From Opitutales bacterium (lineage in GTDB: Bacteria > Verrucomicrobiota > Verrucomicrobiia > Opitutales > PNEW01), in the NCBI GenBank assembly GCA_965197745.1, contig CBDANS010000004.1:96001-160000 (forward strand): 64,000 nucleotides of DNA. Reading direction: 5' to 3'. Below the pieces are notes generated by a model, which was not told the DNA's origin, made no database searches, and saw nothing but the letters and a program-made list of their open reading frames with translations. The position numbers were made by a program, and so were the translations under genes. Positions 10,173-21,456 of the stretch are shown here, piece after piece; the first letter of the stretch is position 1; every line of letters begins with the position of its first letter.

Positions 10173-13034
10173 TTGAGTATGGTAAAACCGAATTTCTTTT
10201 ATATACAGGAGCCCTACCGCATGTTGGTGACAGCCTTTATTGCCGTCATTTTAACCTTGGCGACGGCAATTGGAGCACCCTTAGATAATAATGTGCTCGT
10301 GCATGGCGGCTTTGATGATTTTTCAAAGGGCCAATTCGATAACGGAGGAGCTAATCTCTATGTTAATGCTAATGGCATTATCGAAACCATTCACCGATGG
10401 GATGTAAATAATGATGGATACACTGATATCATGTTTGCTAATTCCGAAGAACATGGTGAGCGAGGTCCGACGCGAATTTTCAGTATTGATCCGGCGAAGG
10501 ATAAAGATTGGAATTACGAGGATCTTTCAGGTATCAGCGGCTATAGCAGTACAATCGTCGACCTCGACAAAGATGGTTATAATGACCTGGTGGTGGCCAA
10601 TGGGGATAATGGGATAAACAGTGAGATAGCCTCTCATGTCTACTGGGGAGGACCCAATGGTCCAGAATCAGAGCGATCTGATTTACCTACGATTGGCGCT
10701 TACGATGTCGCGATTCTCGACTTAAATCGTGACGGTTTACTCGATTTGATTTTTCCCTCTTCATGGAAGGATCGTCATAATATTGCAAAACCGATTCTTG
10801 CCCATGTTTATATAGCCGACCGCGACCGACGTTTCAAGGACGCTACCGAGCAATATCAGATCGCATGTATCGGGACGATGGGTATGGCAACAGCTGATCT
10901 GAATGACGATGGTTATGCTGACCTGGTATTGGCAAATAAAAGGCATATTTACAATAAACATACGGATTCATTTATCTATTGGGGCAATGAAGAATCTATT
11001 GAGACTGAAAATCCTGTGCGACTTCCCACCTATGATGTTGAAAACGTGCTGATTGCAGATTTGAATGATGACCATAGAGAAGATATCATTTTTTCCGGTA
11101 ATGATGAAGGAAGGATATTCTGGAATGACGATGGGAAGTTCAACGCTGAAAACTATATTATTATCAAACCGGAAAATGATGGTTCCACCAAAGAACAGCA
11201 TCTGGGCACGGGTGTCATCATCGGTCGCAAGGTAGCGCATTGTGCCGACGCGGATATTAATGGAGATGGAAAAAATAATTTAATAGTGGCGACGGCGAGT
11301 GGCGTTGAAATTCGTTCGAGCAGTGATGTTGAAAAGGTAGAGACTCTTATAGCTCTCGGAAATCTTAGCTGGGTAACAGCGGGCGACCTTAATGGCGATG
11401 GGCGGATGGATCTCATAGTCAGTCGCAGTAATGATGGCTATACTGCGGACACCAATTCGGCTGTTTTCTGGAATCGAGCAGCGGGATTTTCGGTGAAAGA
11501 TGCCAGCTGGTTACCAACCGGTAATCCCATTGGCAACACTTATGGAGATTTAAACAATGACGGATTACCGGAAGTAGTGATTAACAACTGTGGAAGTGGC
11601 CGTATAACAGGAACTGACAGTTTTATTTATCTCGGCAATAGTGAAGGTAATTACAGTGTGAATCGGCGCATTGATTTACCCCGGCACGAAACGTATGAAA
11701 GCTGTATGGTTGATCTTAATCTGGATGGATTCACGGATGTTATTTTAGCGGGTTGTGACCTCGACTTTTCGCGTATATTTTATGGCAGTGAGGAAGGACC
11801 CTCAGCTTCCCAATATGTCGATATAGCTAATGTTAACAGCGTAATAACCAGTATGGACGTGGCTGATCTTAATCGTGACGGCTATCTCGATTTTGTAACA
11901 AACGGGGTCGTTTACGACACCGAACCCGAGACCTTAAATAAAGCGACAACCATTTTCTATGGGAGCAAAAAAGGATTTTCACCCTCACATTCAGAGCGTA
12001 TCGCCAATTATGGGTTTGGCGTACATCTCGCGGATATTAACCGTGACGGATTTATCGACGCATTGTTCAGCGATAAACGTCACTTTATCCTGGTTTATGT
12101 GGGAAGTAAAAAAGGATACTCTCAAGATAAGACATTCAAAATTTCCTGCCCCATTCCGGGACGAATAAATTCCGCGGACTTGAATGGCGACGGTTGGCTG
12201 GACCTGATTATAAGCCAATCATCGCATCGTGTCAGACGGGAAGAAAATTTTACGGTCATGTATAGTAACGCTGGCGAGTACTCACTGGAGAACTCGCAAA
12301 CTTTTAAAAGAGGAATATCCGTGATTGATACGGCAGTAGCTGACTTTAACAGAGACGGCCATTTGGATTTATTAGCTTCGGCTTACTCCTCGCCCACCAC
12401 CCGTGTTGTCCCCGCAACATTACATTGGGGCAATGGCCGAACCCTGGATCTGGATCATACTGTGGAGTTTCCAGCGAATTCCTCCGCCGGTGTTACGGCT
12501 ATGGATTTTAATCGCGACGGGTGGCTTGACGTTGCCATTGCCAATCATCGTGACGAAGCTTCACATAAAACCCTGTCTTTCATCTACTGGAATAATGCGG
12601 GTGGATTTGATCCTGATCGTATAACCCGTTTGCCCGCCGCGGGGCCCCACGGTATGACATGTCGAGATTTTGGAAACGGCTATACGCGGAAGCCTGAAGA
12701 AACGTATACCTCTCCAGGCTTTAAGCTGGTGAAGAATATTCCGCATACTATTCAATGGGACGCCGATGTCCAATATCCGGCCCGGTTGAAATTTCAAATA
12801 CGTTGGGCTGCAGATAAAAAACAGTTACTCAGTGCCCCGTGGATGGGCCCGGGGGGAGCGGATTCATATTATGAGAAACGAGGTCAAACGTTAAACGGGA
12901 TCAATGTCATTGAGGCAAAATGGTTCCAATATAAAGTTGATTTTGTTTCTCCCTATGGTTGTTCATCACCAAAATTACGGGAAGTAAGATTTAGCTTAAA
13001 ACCTGCGTCATCTTACAACCGGAAAAAGATTTGA
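10173..13034 (+). CDS. Secreted FG-GAP/VCBS repeat beta-propeller protein (likely start ATG 10221)
   Basis: More than ten DLNxDGxxDL repeats; hydrophobic signal peptide MLVTAFIAVILTLATAIGA. Confidence 0.88.
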   Translation: MSMVKPNFFYIQEPYRMLVTAFIAVILTLATAIGAPLDNNVLVHGGFDDFSKGQFDNGGANLYVNANGIIETIHRWDVNNDGYTDIMFANSEEHGERGPTRIFSIDPAKDKDWNYEDLSGISGYSSTIVDLDKDGYNDLVVANGDNGINSEIASHVYWGGPNGPESERSDLPTIGAYDVAILDLNRDGLLDLIFPSSWKDRHNIAKPILAHVYIADRDRRFKDATEQYQIACIGTMGMATADLNDDGYADLVLANKRHIYNKHTDSFIYWGNEESIETENPVRLPTYDVENVLIADLNDDHREDIIFSGNDEGRIFWNDDGKFNAENYIIIKPENDGSTKEQHLGTGVIIGRKVAHCADADINGDGKNNLIVATASGVEIRSSSDVEKVETLIALGNLSWVTAGDLNGDGRMDLIVSRSNDGYTADTNSAVFWNRAAGFSVKDASWLPTGNPIGNTYGDLNNDGLPEVVINNCGSGRITGTDSFIYLGNSEGNYSVNRRIDLPRHETYESCMVDLNLDGFTDVILAGCDLDFSRIFYGSEEGPSASQYVDIANVNSVITSMDVADLNRDGYLDFVTNGVVYDTEPETLNKATTIFYGSKKGFSPSHSERIANYGFGVHLADINRDGFIDALFSDKRHFILVYVGSKKGYSQDKTFKISCPIPGRINSADLNGDGWLDLIISQSSHRVRREENFTVMYSNAGEYSLENSQTFKRGISVIDTAVADFNRDGHLDLLASAYSSPTTRVVPATLHWGNGRTLDLDHTVEFPANSSAGVTAMDFNRDGWLDVAIANHRDEASHKTLSFIYWNNAGGFDPDRITRLPAAGPHGMTCRDFGNGYTRKPEETYTSPGFKLVKNIPHTIQWDADVQYPARLKFQIRWAADKKQLLSAPWMGPGGADSYYEKRGQTLNGINVIEAKWFQYKVDFVSPYGCSSPKLREVRFSLKPASSYNRKKI

Positions 13035-13124
13035 TATTAATTAAAATAAATACACTATGCTCCAAAAAATCCGGTTCTTCTTCAGGATGAATGAACAGTT
13101 AGATTTTTAAAGAATATTATCGCG

Positions 13125-13472
13125 ATGAAAATTCTTTTTATTGAAGACGAAAAAGAGCTCAGTGAAGTTGGTGCGGCGCAGATGGTAGCCATGGGACACG
13201 ATGTCTGGCAGGCCTATAATACTCGGGAAGCCCGTTCATTATTTGAATTGAATGGTGAGAACATCGACTTGATTATAGCCGACCATAATCTACCGGATGG
13301 GGAAGGTATCCAGTTAATCAAAGAAGTTAAATCGCAGTCACCATCGATTGAATTTATCATCGTTTCTGCTTACTTAAATGAGATGGAAATAGAGATGCTT
13401 GAAAGTGAAGGCATACCATATTTTCATAAACCCGTGCTCTATTCTGATGTTTTAAAGCAATTCGATAAATAA
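13125..13472 (+). CDS. Stand-alone response regulator receiver protein
   Basis: ILFIEDE, IIADHNLPDGEG, IVSAY, KP motifs. Confidence 0.9.
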   Translation: MKILFIEDEKELSEVGAAQMVAMGHDVWQAYNTREARSLFELNGENIDLIIADHNLPDGEGIQLIKEVKSQSPSIEFIIVSAYLNEMEIEMLESEGIPYFHKPVLYSDVLKQFDK

Positions 13473-13514
13473 ACCTTTAAGGTCCACGCCTTACTCTTTT
13501 ATCTGGCTATTTCA

Positions 13515-14645
13515 TCAATAAACCTTCTCGAAAGCGCCGTCTGCCCGTTTTGCCAGCACACGCTTAAGCTCGAGCATCATTAAACCGCTGGCTACTTCGT
13601 TCTGTGACAACTGAGTCAGTTCCGTAACCGTGTCGGGAAAATGAATGGACCCATCTTCAAAGCAGTGGGCAATTTTAATTTCTATTTCGCCCAGCCCGAT
13701 TAGGGGATCATTGCCTGTGGAATTATGGGCCGAATCCTGATCAAAAAAAAGTTCAAGTTGTCCACTTAAACGTAATTCATCGATGACATCTTCTATTGAA
13801 TTCAAGAGGGTAGCGCCATCGCGCAGAAGTTGATGGCAGCCCTGGCTGGAGGCTTGATCGATGCGACCGGGTACCGCGAATAAATGTCGCCCTTGTTCAC
13901 CCGCAAATCGAGCGGTAATCATACTTCCGCCATTTACATTACTTTCTACTACGATGGTGGCCAGGCATATTCCAGAGATGACCCGATTACGCATGGGAAA
14001 AGATTGTCTGTCAGCGCGACGTCCAAAAGGAAATTCACTGACTATTGCGCCTGTTTCCGTTATTCTGCGGTAAAGCTCCAGATTATCAGGTGGGTATATT
14101 ATATCTGTTCCGCAGCCTAAGACGGCAACCGTTCTACCATTAGCTTCCAACGCGCCCTCATGCGCCTGGCTGTCTATCCCACGGGCCATCCCACTGACAA
14201 TGCAGAAACCGGCTTGTTCAAGCTCACGGGCCAGCCGCCTTGCTACTCCTCTTCCATAAAGCGTGGGCTGCCGTGTTCCGACAATAGCGATAGAGGGTTG
14301 AGCGATACGATATTCACCCAGAAAATAGAGTCCGATGGGGGGATCATAGATTTCTTTTAACATCGGGGGGTAGTCATCATCCTGGAATGTAACAAATGAG
14401 GCCTTATGTTTTTTGAGTAATTCTTCTTCTTTTATAAGATCAAAGTACTCCTGCCATTGAGTAATGGCGCCGGAAATTACTTCACTTACACCATTCACCT
14501 GCATCAAGTCTCTTCGACTTGCATTGAGGATACCGACAGCGTCGTTTTCGAAGCATTCAAGCAAATGCTTAAGGGTGACGGGCCCAATTGTCGGTAACCC
14601 ATTTAAGATGAAAAGTGCACGCCTTTGATCCAGGTTTTCGACCAT
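13515..14645 (-). CDS. dprA: DNA processing protein DprA
   Basis: AIVGTR, IVSGMARGID, FPMRNRVISG, GSMITA. Confidence 0.96.
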   Translation of the reverse strand: MVENLDQRRALFILNGLPTIGPVTLKHLLECFENDAVGILNASRRDLMQVNGVSEVISGAITQWQEYFDLIKEEELLKKHKASFVTFQDDDYPPMLKEIYDPPIGLYFLGEYRIAQPSIAIVGTRQPTLYGRGVARRLARELEQAGFCIVSGMARGIDSQAHEGALEANGRTVAVLGCGTDIIYPPDNLELYRRITETGAIVSEFPFGRRADRQSFPMRNRVISGICLATIVVESNVNGGSMITARFAGEQGRHLFAVPGRIDQASSQGCHQLLRDGATLLNSIEDVIDELRLSGQLELFFDQDSAHNSTGNDPLIGLGEIEIKIAHCFEDGSIHFPDTVTELTQLSQNEVASGLMMLELKRVLAKRADGAFEKVY

Positions 14646-14681
14646 TTTCGATACAATCTTTTCAAGGATGATCTATATAAT

Positions 14682-16241
14682 TTATTTCCTGAGGATGTCA
14701 GCCAGGTAATCTAAAATTTCGGTCGTTGAGACGGCAACATGGCCTCTATCGCGAGCCAGCGCATCCGCAGCCATGCCGTGCAGTGCGGCCGCGCGGCAAG
14801 TTGCGTCCAGGGGGTCGGTACCCGGTCGGGCTAACATACTTCCGATGATACCGCAGAGGATGTCACCACTGCCACCGCGCGCGAGCAACGGTCCGCCAAA
14901 AGTGCTATGAATAATACGCGCACCGTCACATATCCGTGTAACAGGACCTTTGAGTAAAGTAATCACATTGTTAACCTGGCAATACTCCATAAGCGTTTTA
15001 GAATTGTATTCCGCTGTCTTACTCTGAGCGATACGCATAAATTCACCCTGGTGTGGAGTAAGAACAATGGGACCTGAATCGCCTGGGCGGCTTTGCGCTT
15101 CATTAAGGGTCGCAACCTGTAAAGAATCAGCATCTAGAACAAGGGGCAAGGCGGTTTCTTTAACTACGCGTTGGAGAAGAAAGTGGGTTTCTTTTTCGGT
15201 GCCCATACCCGGACCCGCAAGGAGGGCCGTGGCGCGGTTTATTTTTTTTTGCAGAAGATAATACCCCTCTGCAGCGAGACCGCCATCGGGCGTTTCCGGC
15301 CAGGGCACCCACATCGCTTCAGGGGTTGCCGCCGCAAAGGATGGAGCAACGGACTCAGGAACAAAAGCGGTCACTAATCCGACACCGCTTCGCAGGGCTG
15401 CTTTGACGCTCATTTGAATAGCGCCCGGCATGGAACGAGACCCTCCGAGGATAAATAGATGCCCATAGGAGCGTTTATCGGTTACTGGATTACGCAGTCC
15501 ACGCAGGGGATTTATGACTTCTGCGGTAAGAACAGACTCGCCTTCAACCGGATGAGTGTATGTATCAAAAAAACCGATATCGAGATAACGGATCCGGCCA
15601 ACATTTTCTGAATTATGAGTTTCAAATAGTGGTGATTTGGCGATTCCCGTAGCGTAACTGAAATCTGCGCGAAATACAAAATCAGCACGCTCATCCCCGA
15701 GTCCGCTGGGAAGGTCGACTGCCGCGCGCAGACGGATGTGTGAATGATTGTTTATCCATTGAATGGCATTTTCAGCGGGTGAACGCAATGGAGGCTTAAA
15801 CTGCATGCCAAGCAGGCCGTCAAGGCAGATATCAAAACTTAATGATTCGTTGTGCGCGGGTCGGTCGTCATTCCAGGTTTCACAAGTGACCTGATCACCA
15901 CCAGCCTTCAGTAAGTTATCCAGACTTCTTTGCGTGAGTGTTTTTAGATTACTATCGCCGAAAACAAATAATATACTGATCCGGGCTTCGGGGTATTGAC
16001 ACAGTATTTCCTCGGAAGCGATCAAGGCGTCACCGGCATTGTGACCTTTACCGGCAAGCACCAGGACGCGTATTGATTCAGGAAGAGAGGCAATCTCCTG
16101 AAAATCCCTCAATACAGAATCACCCAGTGCACGACCCGCTTTTGACATTGCCTCCCATTCCCTGGTTTCATCGCCTACGAGCAATTCACCTTCATATTTC
16201 TCCGATGCTTTGCAGGTCAATATCGGATGGGTAAAGCTCAT
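14682..16241 (-). CDS. nnr: Bifunctional NAD(P)H-hydrate epimerase/dehydratase
   Basis: GKGHNAGD, DLPSG, GGSRSMPGA, LTPHQGEF, GGSGDILCG. Confidence 0.93.
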   Translation of the reverse strand: MSFTHPILTCKASEKYEGELLVGDETREWEAMSKAGRALGDSVLRDFQEIASLPESIRVLVLAGKGHNAGDALIASEEILCQYPEARISILFVFGDSNLKTLTQRSLDNLLKAGGDQVTCETWNDDRPAHNESLSFDICLDGLLGMQFKPPLRSPAENAIQWINNHSHIRLRAAVDLPSGLGDERADFVFRADFSYATGIAKSPLFETHNSENVGRIRYLDIGFFDTYTHPVEGESVLTAEVINPLRGLRNPVTDKRSYGHLFILGGSRSMPGAIQMSVKAALRSGVGLVTAFVPESVAPSFAAATPEAMWVPWPETPDGGLAAEGYYLLQKKINRATALLAGPGMGTEKETHFLLQRVVKETALPLVLDADSLQVATLNEAQSRPGDSGPIVLTPHQGEFMRIAQSKTAEYNSKTLMEYCQVNNVITLLKGPVTRICDGARIIHSTFGGPLLARGGSGDILCGIIGSMLARPGTDPLDATCRAAALHGMAADALARDRGHVAVSTTEILDYLADILRK

Positions 16242-16295
16242 AACAGGAAATGCTGATTCTGGTTAGGGAAAATGACAAGAATTCTTGTTCTATAG

Positions 16296-16847
16296 TTACG
16301 GTTCAACCTGATCATTAATACCTAAAACAAGCACATCTGCCTCTTTTTGATTTTTCAACTCAATGACTTCAAGATGCGCGAATTCAGGTTCTTTTAAAAT
16401 TAGCGGATACCGTTTTCGTTTACTGTGATGCGATTTTATAACCCAAAGTATCATTGAATCCGTACTTAAGAAAGCCTGCCTGATAGTTTCTCGATTACCG
16501 GAGTAGAGTTCTTCTTTTAATATCGCCCGTTTTGAAGTTCGAGATACGGCGCGCCATAGTACGAGAGGAAAAGAATAATTTAACCAGATTAAAGCGGTAG
16601 CTCTATCCCAGACAATATCGCGTACCACGCTGTAATTGCCGTCGGCAACCCACTGTTCACTGCTAACTGCTGCTCGCGTTAATTGTCTGAATTCGTCGCG
16701 AGGTCTTGATACCCAGTCGGGTTTCCAATGAATGGCATCCAGCTGAATATGGGAAACCCTTAAAATACCAGCTAACTTCCGGGCAAGTGTCGTTTTACCT
16801 GAACAACCGTTTCCAATGATGATAATCCGAGATTTATTTTTAATCAT
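16296..16847 (-). CDS. Adenylate-kinase-like P-loop protein (FlaR/topology modulation family)
   Basis: GNGCSGKTTLA, LDAIHWKPDW, WVADGNY. Confidence 0.82.
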   Translation of the reverse strand: MIKNKSRIIIIGNGCSGKTTLARKLAGILRVSHIQLDAIHWKPDWVSRPRDEFRQLTRAAVSSEQWVADGNYSVVRDIVWDRATALIWLNYSFPLVLWRAVSRTSKRAILKEELYSGNRETIRQAFLSTDSMILWVIKSHHSKRKRYPLILKEPEFAHLEVIELKNQKEADVLVLGINDQVEP

Positions 16848-16893
16848 CGTGAGTTATTCCTCAAAGAATCTTTATGTCTATAACCTGTCATCG

Positions 16894-17019
16894 CTTCCCT
16901 TTTTCCGGAGGGCCGCGCTCCGTCGTGGCCGTTATGATTATAAACGGCTAAATAGGATGATCATTAATCTCAAACTTTAAAGCGCCCACGATAGAACACG
17001 GCCCCTAAAAAAGGGGAAG
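16894..17019. repeat. REP/REPIN-like imperfect inverted repeat
   Basis: CTTCCCTTTTT..GGGCCGCGCTCCGTCGTGG pairs imperfectly with CCACGATAGAACACGGCCC..AAAAAGGGGAAG. Confidence 0.55.
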
Positions 17020-17073
17020 TTTCGCTTGATGACTATTCCATGCTGAGAAAGCAAAAGTGAAAGCGTAATGCTT

Positions 17074-17421
17074 TCACCCGGGGGGCCAGGTTAAAGGGCG
17101 ACCGCCGAGAAGGTGGACATGCAGATGGGGAACCGCTTCGCCGCCATGGGCCCCATTATTGATTACCAGGCGAAAACCCTGATCGAGGCGCAGTTTTTTA
17201 GCGAGGTCGCGTCCCGTAAGCAGGAGATGCCCCAGGGTCTCAGCATCGTCATCAACAGCTTCACCGATTCTTGTAATGAGCTTTTTAGGGATAATTAAGA
17301 TATGTGTTGGCGCCTGGGGATTAATGTCACGGATGGCGATACATTGCTCATCTTCGTACTCAATATTCGCTGGGAGTTCGCGATCAATAATTTTTTCGAA
17401 AAGGGTTTTTTCTTCAGGCAT
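17074..17421 (-). CDS. Histidine triad (HIT) nucleotide-binding protein
   Basis: DINPQAPTHILIIPK and HLHVHLLGG. Confidence 0.95.
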   Translation of the reverse strand: MPEEKTLFEKIIDRELPANIEYEDEQCIAIRDINPQAPTHILIIPKKLITRIGEAVDDDAETLGHLLLTGRDLAKKLRLDQGFRLVINNGAHGGEAVPHLHVHLLGGRPLTWPPG

Positions 17422-17444
17422 GGTCTAAAATTCCAGGAGGGTCA

Positions 17445-17915
17445 TCAGATATAGATGAGATTGAGGGTAGTCGATGAATCTACTTTCTGCGCTGCGAGCT
17501 CGTCGATATAATTTAGTGAACCCTCATAGCGATTTTGGATTCCATGGGTCCAGTATTTTCCCCTTGGACAGAGTGCTGATCGAAGACCGGAAATAATAAG
17601 CAACGCCTTTTCATAGCCCGCGAGAAGTTTGATCGCGCGGATGAGTTCTTCCCGCAACCAAAGAGGATCCAGGGTTTTTTCGCTCAAATCAAGGTGGTGA
17701 AACCCTCGTGATGCCAATGTTTTATCGTGGACCTGGAGAAAACGAATAACGGCCCTTGCGAATTTATCCAGGGGAGCGGAACACTCAATTGAACCGGTGA
17801 GAGAAAAATCTATAGCCGTTTTAATTTGCTCTTCGAAATAGGGATCAATGTTAGCAGTCGATCCCAGCAGCGTATGCAGGTAATGGTCTTTTACCCATTC
17901 GTTCAAATTATTCAT
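17445..17915 (-). CDS. Hypothetical protein, translationally coupled to nrdR
   Basis: ATG at 17915 overlaps the nrdR 3' end, with a GGAG RBS. Confidence 0.65.
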   Translation of the reverse strand: MNNLNEWVKDHYLHTLLGSTANIDPYFEEQIKTAIDFSLTGSIECSAPLDKFARAVIRFLQVHDKTLASRGFHHLDLSEKTLDPLWLREELIRAIKLLAGYEKALLIISGLRSALCPRGKYWTHGIQNRYEGSLNYIDELAAQKVDSSTTLNLIYI

Positions 17916-18366
17916 TGTTACTCTCCAGGTCTGATATCTCCTGGGCCAGTTCTGAGATATCGCGAAAATCTTTATAAACACTGGCAAATCGGACATAGGC
18001 AATTTGATCAGTGCTCTTTAGCTTGTTCATTACTTTTTCACCGATTACTTGACTGGGAATTTCTTCATCGAATTCATTTTCCAAGTCAATGAAAAGGTCA
18101 GAGATAAGCATATTAATTTGTTCCAGGTCGATCGGGCGTTTTTCACAAGCCCGCCGAATCCCGGTTAAAACCTTATTGCGATCAAAGTCCTCTCGTCGTG
18201 TATCTCTTTTAATGACAACAAGACCTTCACGGAGTATTTCTTCAATGGTGTTAAAACGATAGTCGCATTCCGGACAATGTCTTCGGCGGCGGACAGTACG
18301 TCCATTTTTTACGATCCTTGAATCGACGACCCGAGTGTCATTGGCTGAACATTTGGGACATTGCAT
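17908..18366 (-). CDS. nrdR: Transcriptional repressor NrdR
   Basis: MQCPKC..RRRRHCPEC zinc ribbon, ATP cone, AYVRFASVY. Confidence 0.97.
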   Translation of the reverse strand: MQCPKCSANDTRVVDSRIVKNGRTVRRRRHCPECDYRFNTIEEILREGLVVIKRDTRREDFDRNKVLTGIRRACEKRPIDLEQINMLISDLFIDLENEFDEEIPSQVIGEKVMNKLKSTDQIAYVRFASVYKDFRDISELAQEISDLESNNE

Positions 18367-18398
18367 GGAGGGAGAGGGTGCTGCGAATTTAGAGAAGA

Positions 18399-18962
18399 CT
18401 AAAATTGTAGGAAGTTTTCAAGTATCCTTATGCCATTAACGGTGGCGAGTGATTCTGGATGAAACTGAACGCCCCAGACGGGTTCTTCACGGTGCTTCAT
18501 TCCCATTATTTCATTTTCTGGAGTCTCCGCGGTGATTTCAAAGCAATCAGGCAAAGAAGAGCGTTCGACGAGAAGGGAATGGTAACGCGTCGCATCAAAA
18601 GGAGATTCCATGCCTTTAAATAAATCGGTTCCACGGTGCATAATAGGAGATGTTTTACCATGCATGAGACGGTCTGCGATAATGATATTACCACCGTAGT
18701 ATTGTCCTATGCATTGGTGCCCAAGGCAGACACCGAAGATGGGTATCTTGCCGGCAAAAGCGTCGATTATTTCCAGACTGTTGCCGGCTTCATTGGGGGT
18801 ACAGGGGCCCGGAGAAAACACGACACGATCCGGGTTGAGGGCCAACGCCTCCTTCGCCGTGAGTTCGTTATTACGCACTACTTTTTGATTTACCCCGAGC
18901 TGGCCAAAATATTGCACCAGGTTGTAGGTAAATGAGTCGAAATTATCGATGACTAATAACAT
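18399..18962 (-). CDS. trpG: Anthranilate/aminodeoxychorismate synthase component II (glutamine amidotransferase)
   Basis: [31 protein letters not shown]; could equally be pabA. Confidence 0.9.
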   Translation of the reverse strand: MLLVIDNFDSFTYNLVQYFGQLGVNQKVVRNNELTAKEALALNPDRVVFSPGPCTPNEAGNSLEIIDAFAGKIPIFGVCLGHQCIGQYYGGNIIIADRLMHGKTSPIMHRGTDLFKGMESPFDATRYHSLLVERSSLPDCFEITAETPENEIMGMKHREEPVWGVQFHPESLATVNGIRILENFLQF

Positions 18963-19098
18963 TTTTAAATGGGATATCTTGCTGCTGATGAAAAATGTAG
19001 TCAAGCCTCACAGAGAATGATTGCAGCAGCTTAATGAATTGAAAGTTAATAAACTGGAAAAAGGGGAGAAATGTATTTGAGTGATGACGGTTAAATTT

Positions 19099-20235
19099 AT
19101 GAAGGATACTTTTCAGATTCTGTTCCGTGATACGCAGACGGCAGCGCGATGCGGGCGTTTGCAAACGACACAGGGTGTTGTCGATACTCCGATTTTCATG
19201 CCCGTGGGCACGCAGGCGACAGTCAAAGCCATGACCCCCGCTCAACTGTGTGAAATTGGCAGTCAGATTATACTTGGGAATACTTATCATTTGAATCTCA
19301 GGCCCGGGGCAGAAACGATAAAAAAACTGGGCGGACTTCATCGTTTTATGAACTGGGAGGGCCCAATCTTAACCGATAGTGGCGGGTATCAGGTTTTCAG
19401 TCTCACTAAAATGCGAAAGATTACAAATGAAGGTATCAATTTTCGCTCCCATTTAAATGGGGATCCTTTTTTTCTCGGTCCCCGTGAGGTTATGGACATA
19501 CAGCAAAGTCTGGGTGCAGACATTGCGATGGTTCTGGATGAGTGTCCGCCTTATCCCTGTCCCGAGAAGGATTGCCGGCTGGCTGTTAATCGAAGCCTGC
19601 AATGGGCGGAACACTGTTTAACTATCGCCAGAGAAAATGGATTTTATGATGCCGGGCATCAAGTGTTTGGTATTGTACAAGGTTCCGTTTTTGAAAATTT
19701 ACGTCGGGAATGCGCTCAGGCACTCGTCAATCTTGACTTTTCGGGCTATGCAGTGGGAGGCGTCGCTCTTGGTGAAGCGGAACCTGATATATTCGAGCAG
19801 GTGGGCTGGTCGATTCCTCTTCTGCCTGAAAATAAACCACGCTACGTGATGGGTGTGGGTACTCCGCCCCAGCTTTTAAAAATGATCGCGTTGGGCGCTG
19901 ACATGTTCGACTGTGTTCTTCCCACCCGCGCAGCGCGACACGGTACGGTCTATACCCCTTATGGGACCCTTAACTTACGCAATCAACGGTTTAAGGAAGA
20001 CGGTCGTCCCCTCGTTGAGGGTTTGCAAAATTACACTTGCCAGCATTTCACGCGTGCCTACTTGAGGCACCTCATCGTTGCTGAAGAGATACTCGCCAGT
20101 ACGTTGCTCACCTTGCATAATCTTCATTTTTATCTCGATCTCATGAAACAAGCGCGCGAGCATCTTGAAGCTTCTGACTTTGATTCCTGGCACAAGTCAT
20201 GGATCAATCAATATGAAGAAGGCGAGAGAGAATAA
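19099..20235 (+). CDS. tgt: tRNA-guanine transglycosylase
   Basis: FMPVGTQATVK, LTDSGGYQVFSL, DMFDCVLPTR. Confidence 0.97.
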   Translation: MKDTFQILFRDTQTAARCGRLQTTQGVVDTPIFMPVGTQATVKAMTPAQLCEIGSQIILGNTYHLNLRPGAETIKKLGGLHRFMNWEGPILTDSGGYQVFSLTKMRKITNEGINFRSHLNGDPFFLGPREVMDIQQSLGADIAMVLDECPPYPCPEKDCRLAVNRSLQWAEHCLTIARENGFYDAGHQVFGIVQGSVFENLRRECAQALVNLDFSGYAVGGVALGEAEPDIFEQVGWSIPLLPENKPRYVMGVGTPPQLLKMIALGADMFDCVLPTRAARHGTVYTPYGTLNLRNQRFKEDGRPLVEGLQNYTCQHFTRAYLRHLIVAEEILASTLLTLHNLHFYLDLMKQAREHLEASDFDSWHKSWINQYEEGERE

Positions 20236-20428
20236 ATTTACCCAAACTTATCACGGGCAGTGATACCTTCGGAAATGTGAAGCGGCATAATATTGGCAGT
20301 ATTAATTTCTATCACGCATTCATAATATAAATACGGGGAACTACTCAGATTACAGCTTTTCAAAGAAGAAGTCTTTCGATATACTTTTCGCTTAAAATTT
20401 TAATTAACAATAGTAATCTGATATTTAT

Positions 20429-21367
20429 ATGCGAATCCTTGTCACAGGGGGTACCGGTTTTTTAGGAAGTCATTTATGTGAGCGTTTGCTTTATGATGGC
20501 CATGAAGTAACTTGCCTTGATAATTATTTTACCGGGATAAAGGCCAATATTCAGTCGATTATAGACAACCCTAATTTTGAGATAAGGCGTCACGATATTG
20601 TCGACCCATTCAAGATAGAAGTTGATCAGATTTATAATTTTGCCTGTCCGGCATCCCCTGTCCACTACCAGTATAACCCGATCAAGACGGTGAAAACTTC
20701 TGTAATGGGAGCGATCAACTGTTTGGGTTTAGCGAAGCGAGTTAAGGCGCGCATTCTACAGGCTTCAACCTCGGAGGTATATGGTGATCCCAAGCTCCAT
20801 CCCCAACCGGAGCATTACAACGGGAATGTCAATCCTATCGGTCTGCGTGCCTGTTATGATGAGGGTAAACGTTGCGCAGAAACATTGTTTTTTGATTATC
20901 ACCGGGAAAATGATGTAGATATTCGAATAATACGCATATTCAACACCTACGGTCCCCGTATGCGCGCCGATGACGGGCGTGTTGTTTCCAATTTTATTAT
21001 TCAGGCATTATGTGGTGAAGATATTACGGTTTATGGTGAAGGACAGCAGACACGTTCTTTCTGTTATGTTGATGACCTTATTGAAGGTACGGTGCGGATG
21101 ATGGAACAGGAAGATACGACAGGACCCATAAATCTGGGTAATACCGATGAATTTACAATGCTGGAACTGGCAGAGAAAGTTATTCAATTGACCGGGAGTC
21201 GGTCCCGAATTTCTTTCAAACCACTCCCCGAGGATGATCCTCAGCAACGCCAACCTGATATTTCCCTGGCGAAAAAATTTCTTAATTGGGAACCCAAGGA
21301 GAACTTTGAATCCGGACTCAAAAAAACAATAGAATATTTTAAGCAATCGCTGACGGTTAAGCCATAA
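20429..21367 (+). CDS. UDP-glucuronate decarboxylase (UDP-xylose synthase)-like SDR
   Basis: [36 protein letters not shown]. Confidence 0.92.
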   Translation: MRILVTGGTGFLGSHLCERLLYDGHEVTCLDNYFTGIKANIQSIIDNPNFEIRRHDIVDPFKIEVDQIYNFACPASPVHYQYNPIKTVKTSVMGAINCLGLAKRVKARILQASTSEVYGDPKLHPQPEHYNGNVNPIGLRACYDEGKRCAETLFFDYHRENDVDIRIIRIFNTYGPRMRADDGRVVSNFIIQALCGEDITVYGEGQQTRSFCYVDDLIEGTVRMMEQEDTTGPINLGNTDEFTMLELAEKVIQLTGSRSRISFKPLPEDDPQQRQPDISLAKKFLNWEPKENFESGLKKTIEYFKQSLTVKP

Positions 21368-21456
21368 AGTCGAGCTATTGATGTGAAAGAAAGAAGGGTC
21401 TTATTTGTTAAGTAAGGGAGCGATCACCTATAGAGTAAATTTAAAAGTTATACCTG

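Noticed and set aside
10173..13034. Repeats in the FG-GAP protein as a diversity-generating target
   Set aside because: Protein-level repeats only; no near-identical DNA template/variable pair and no reverse transcriptase in the window
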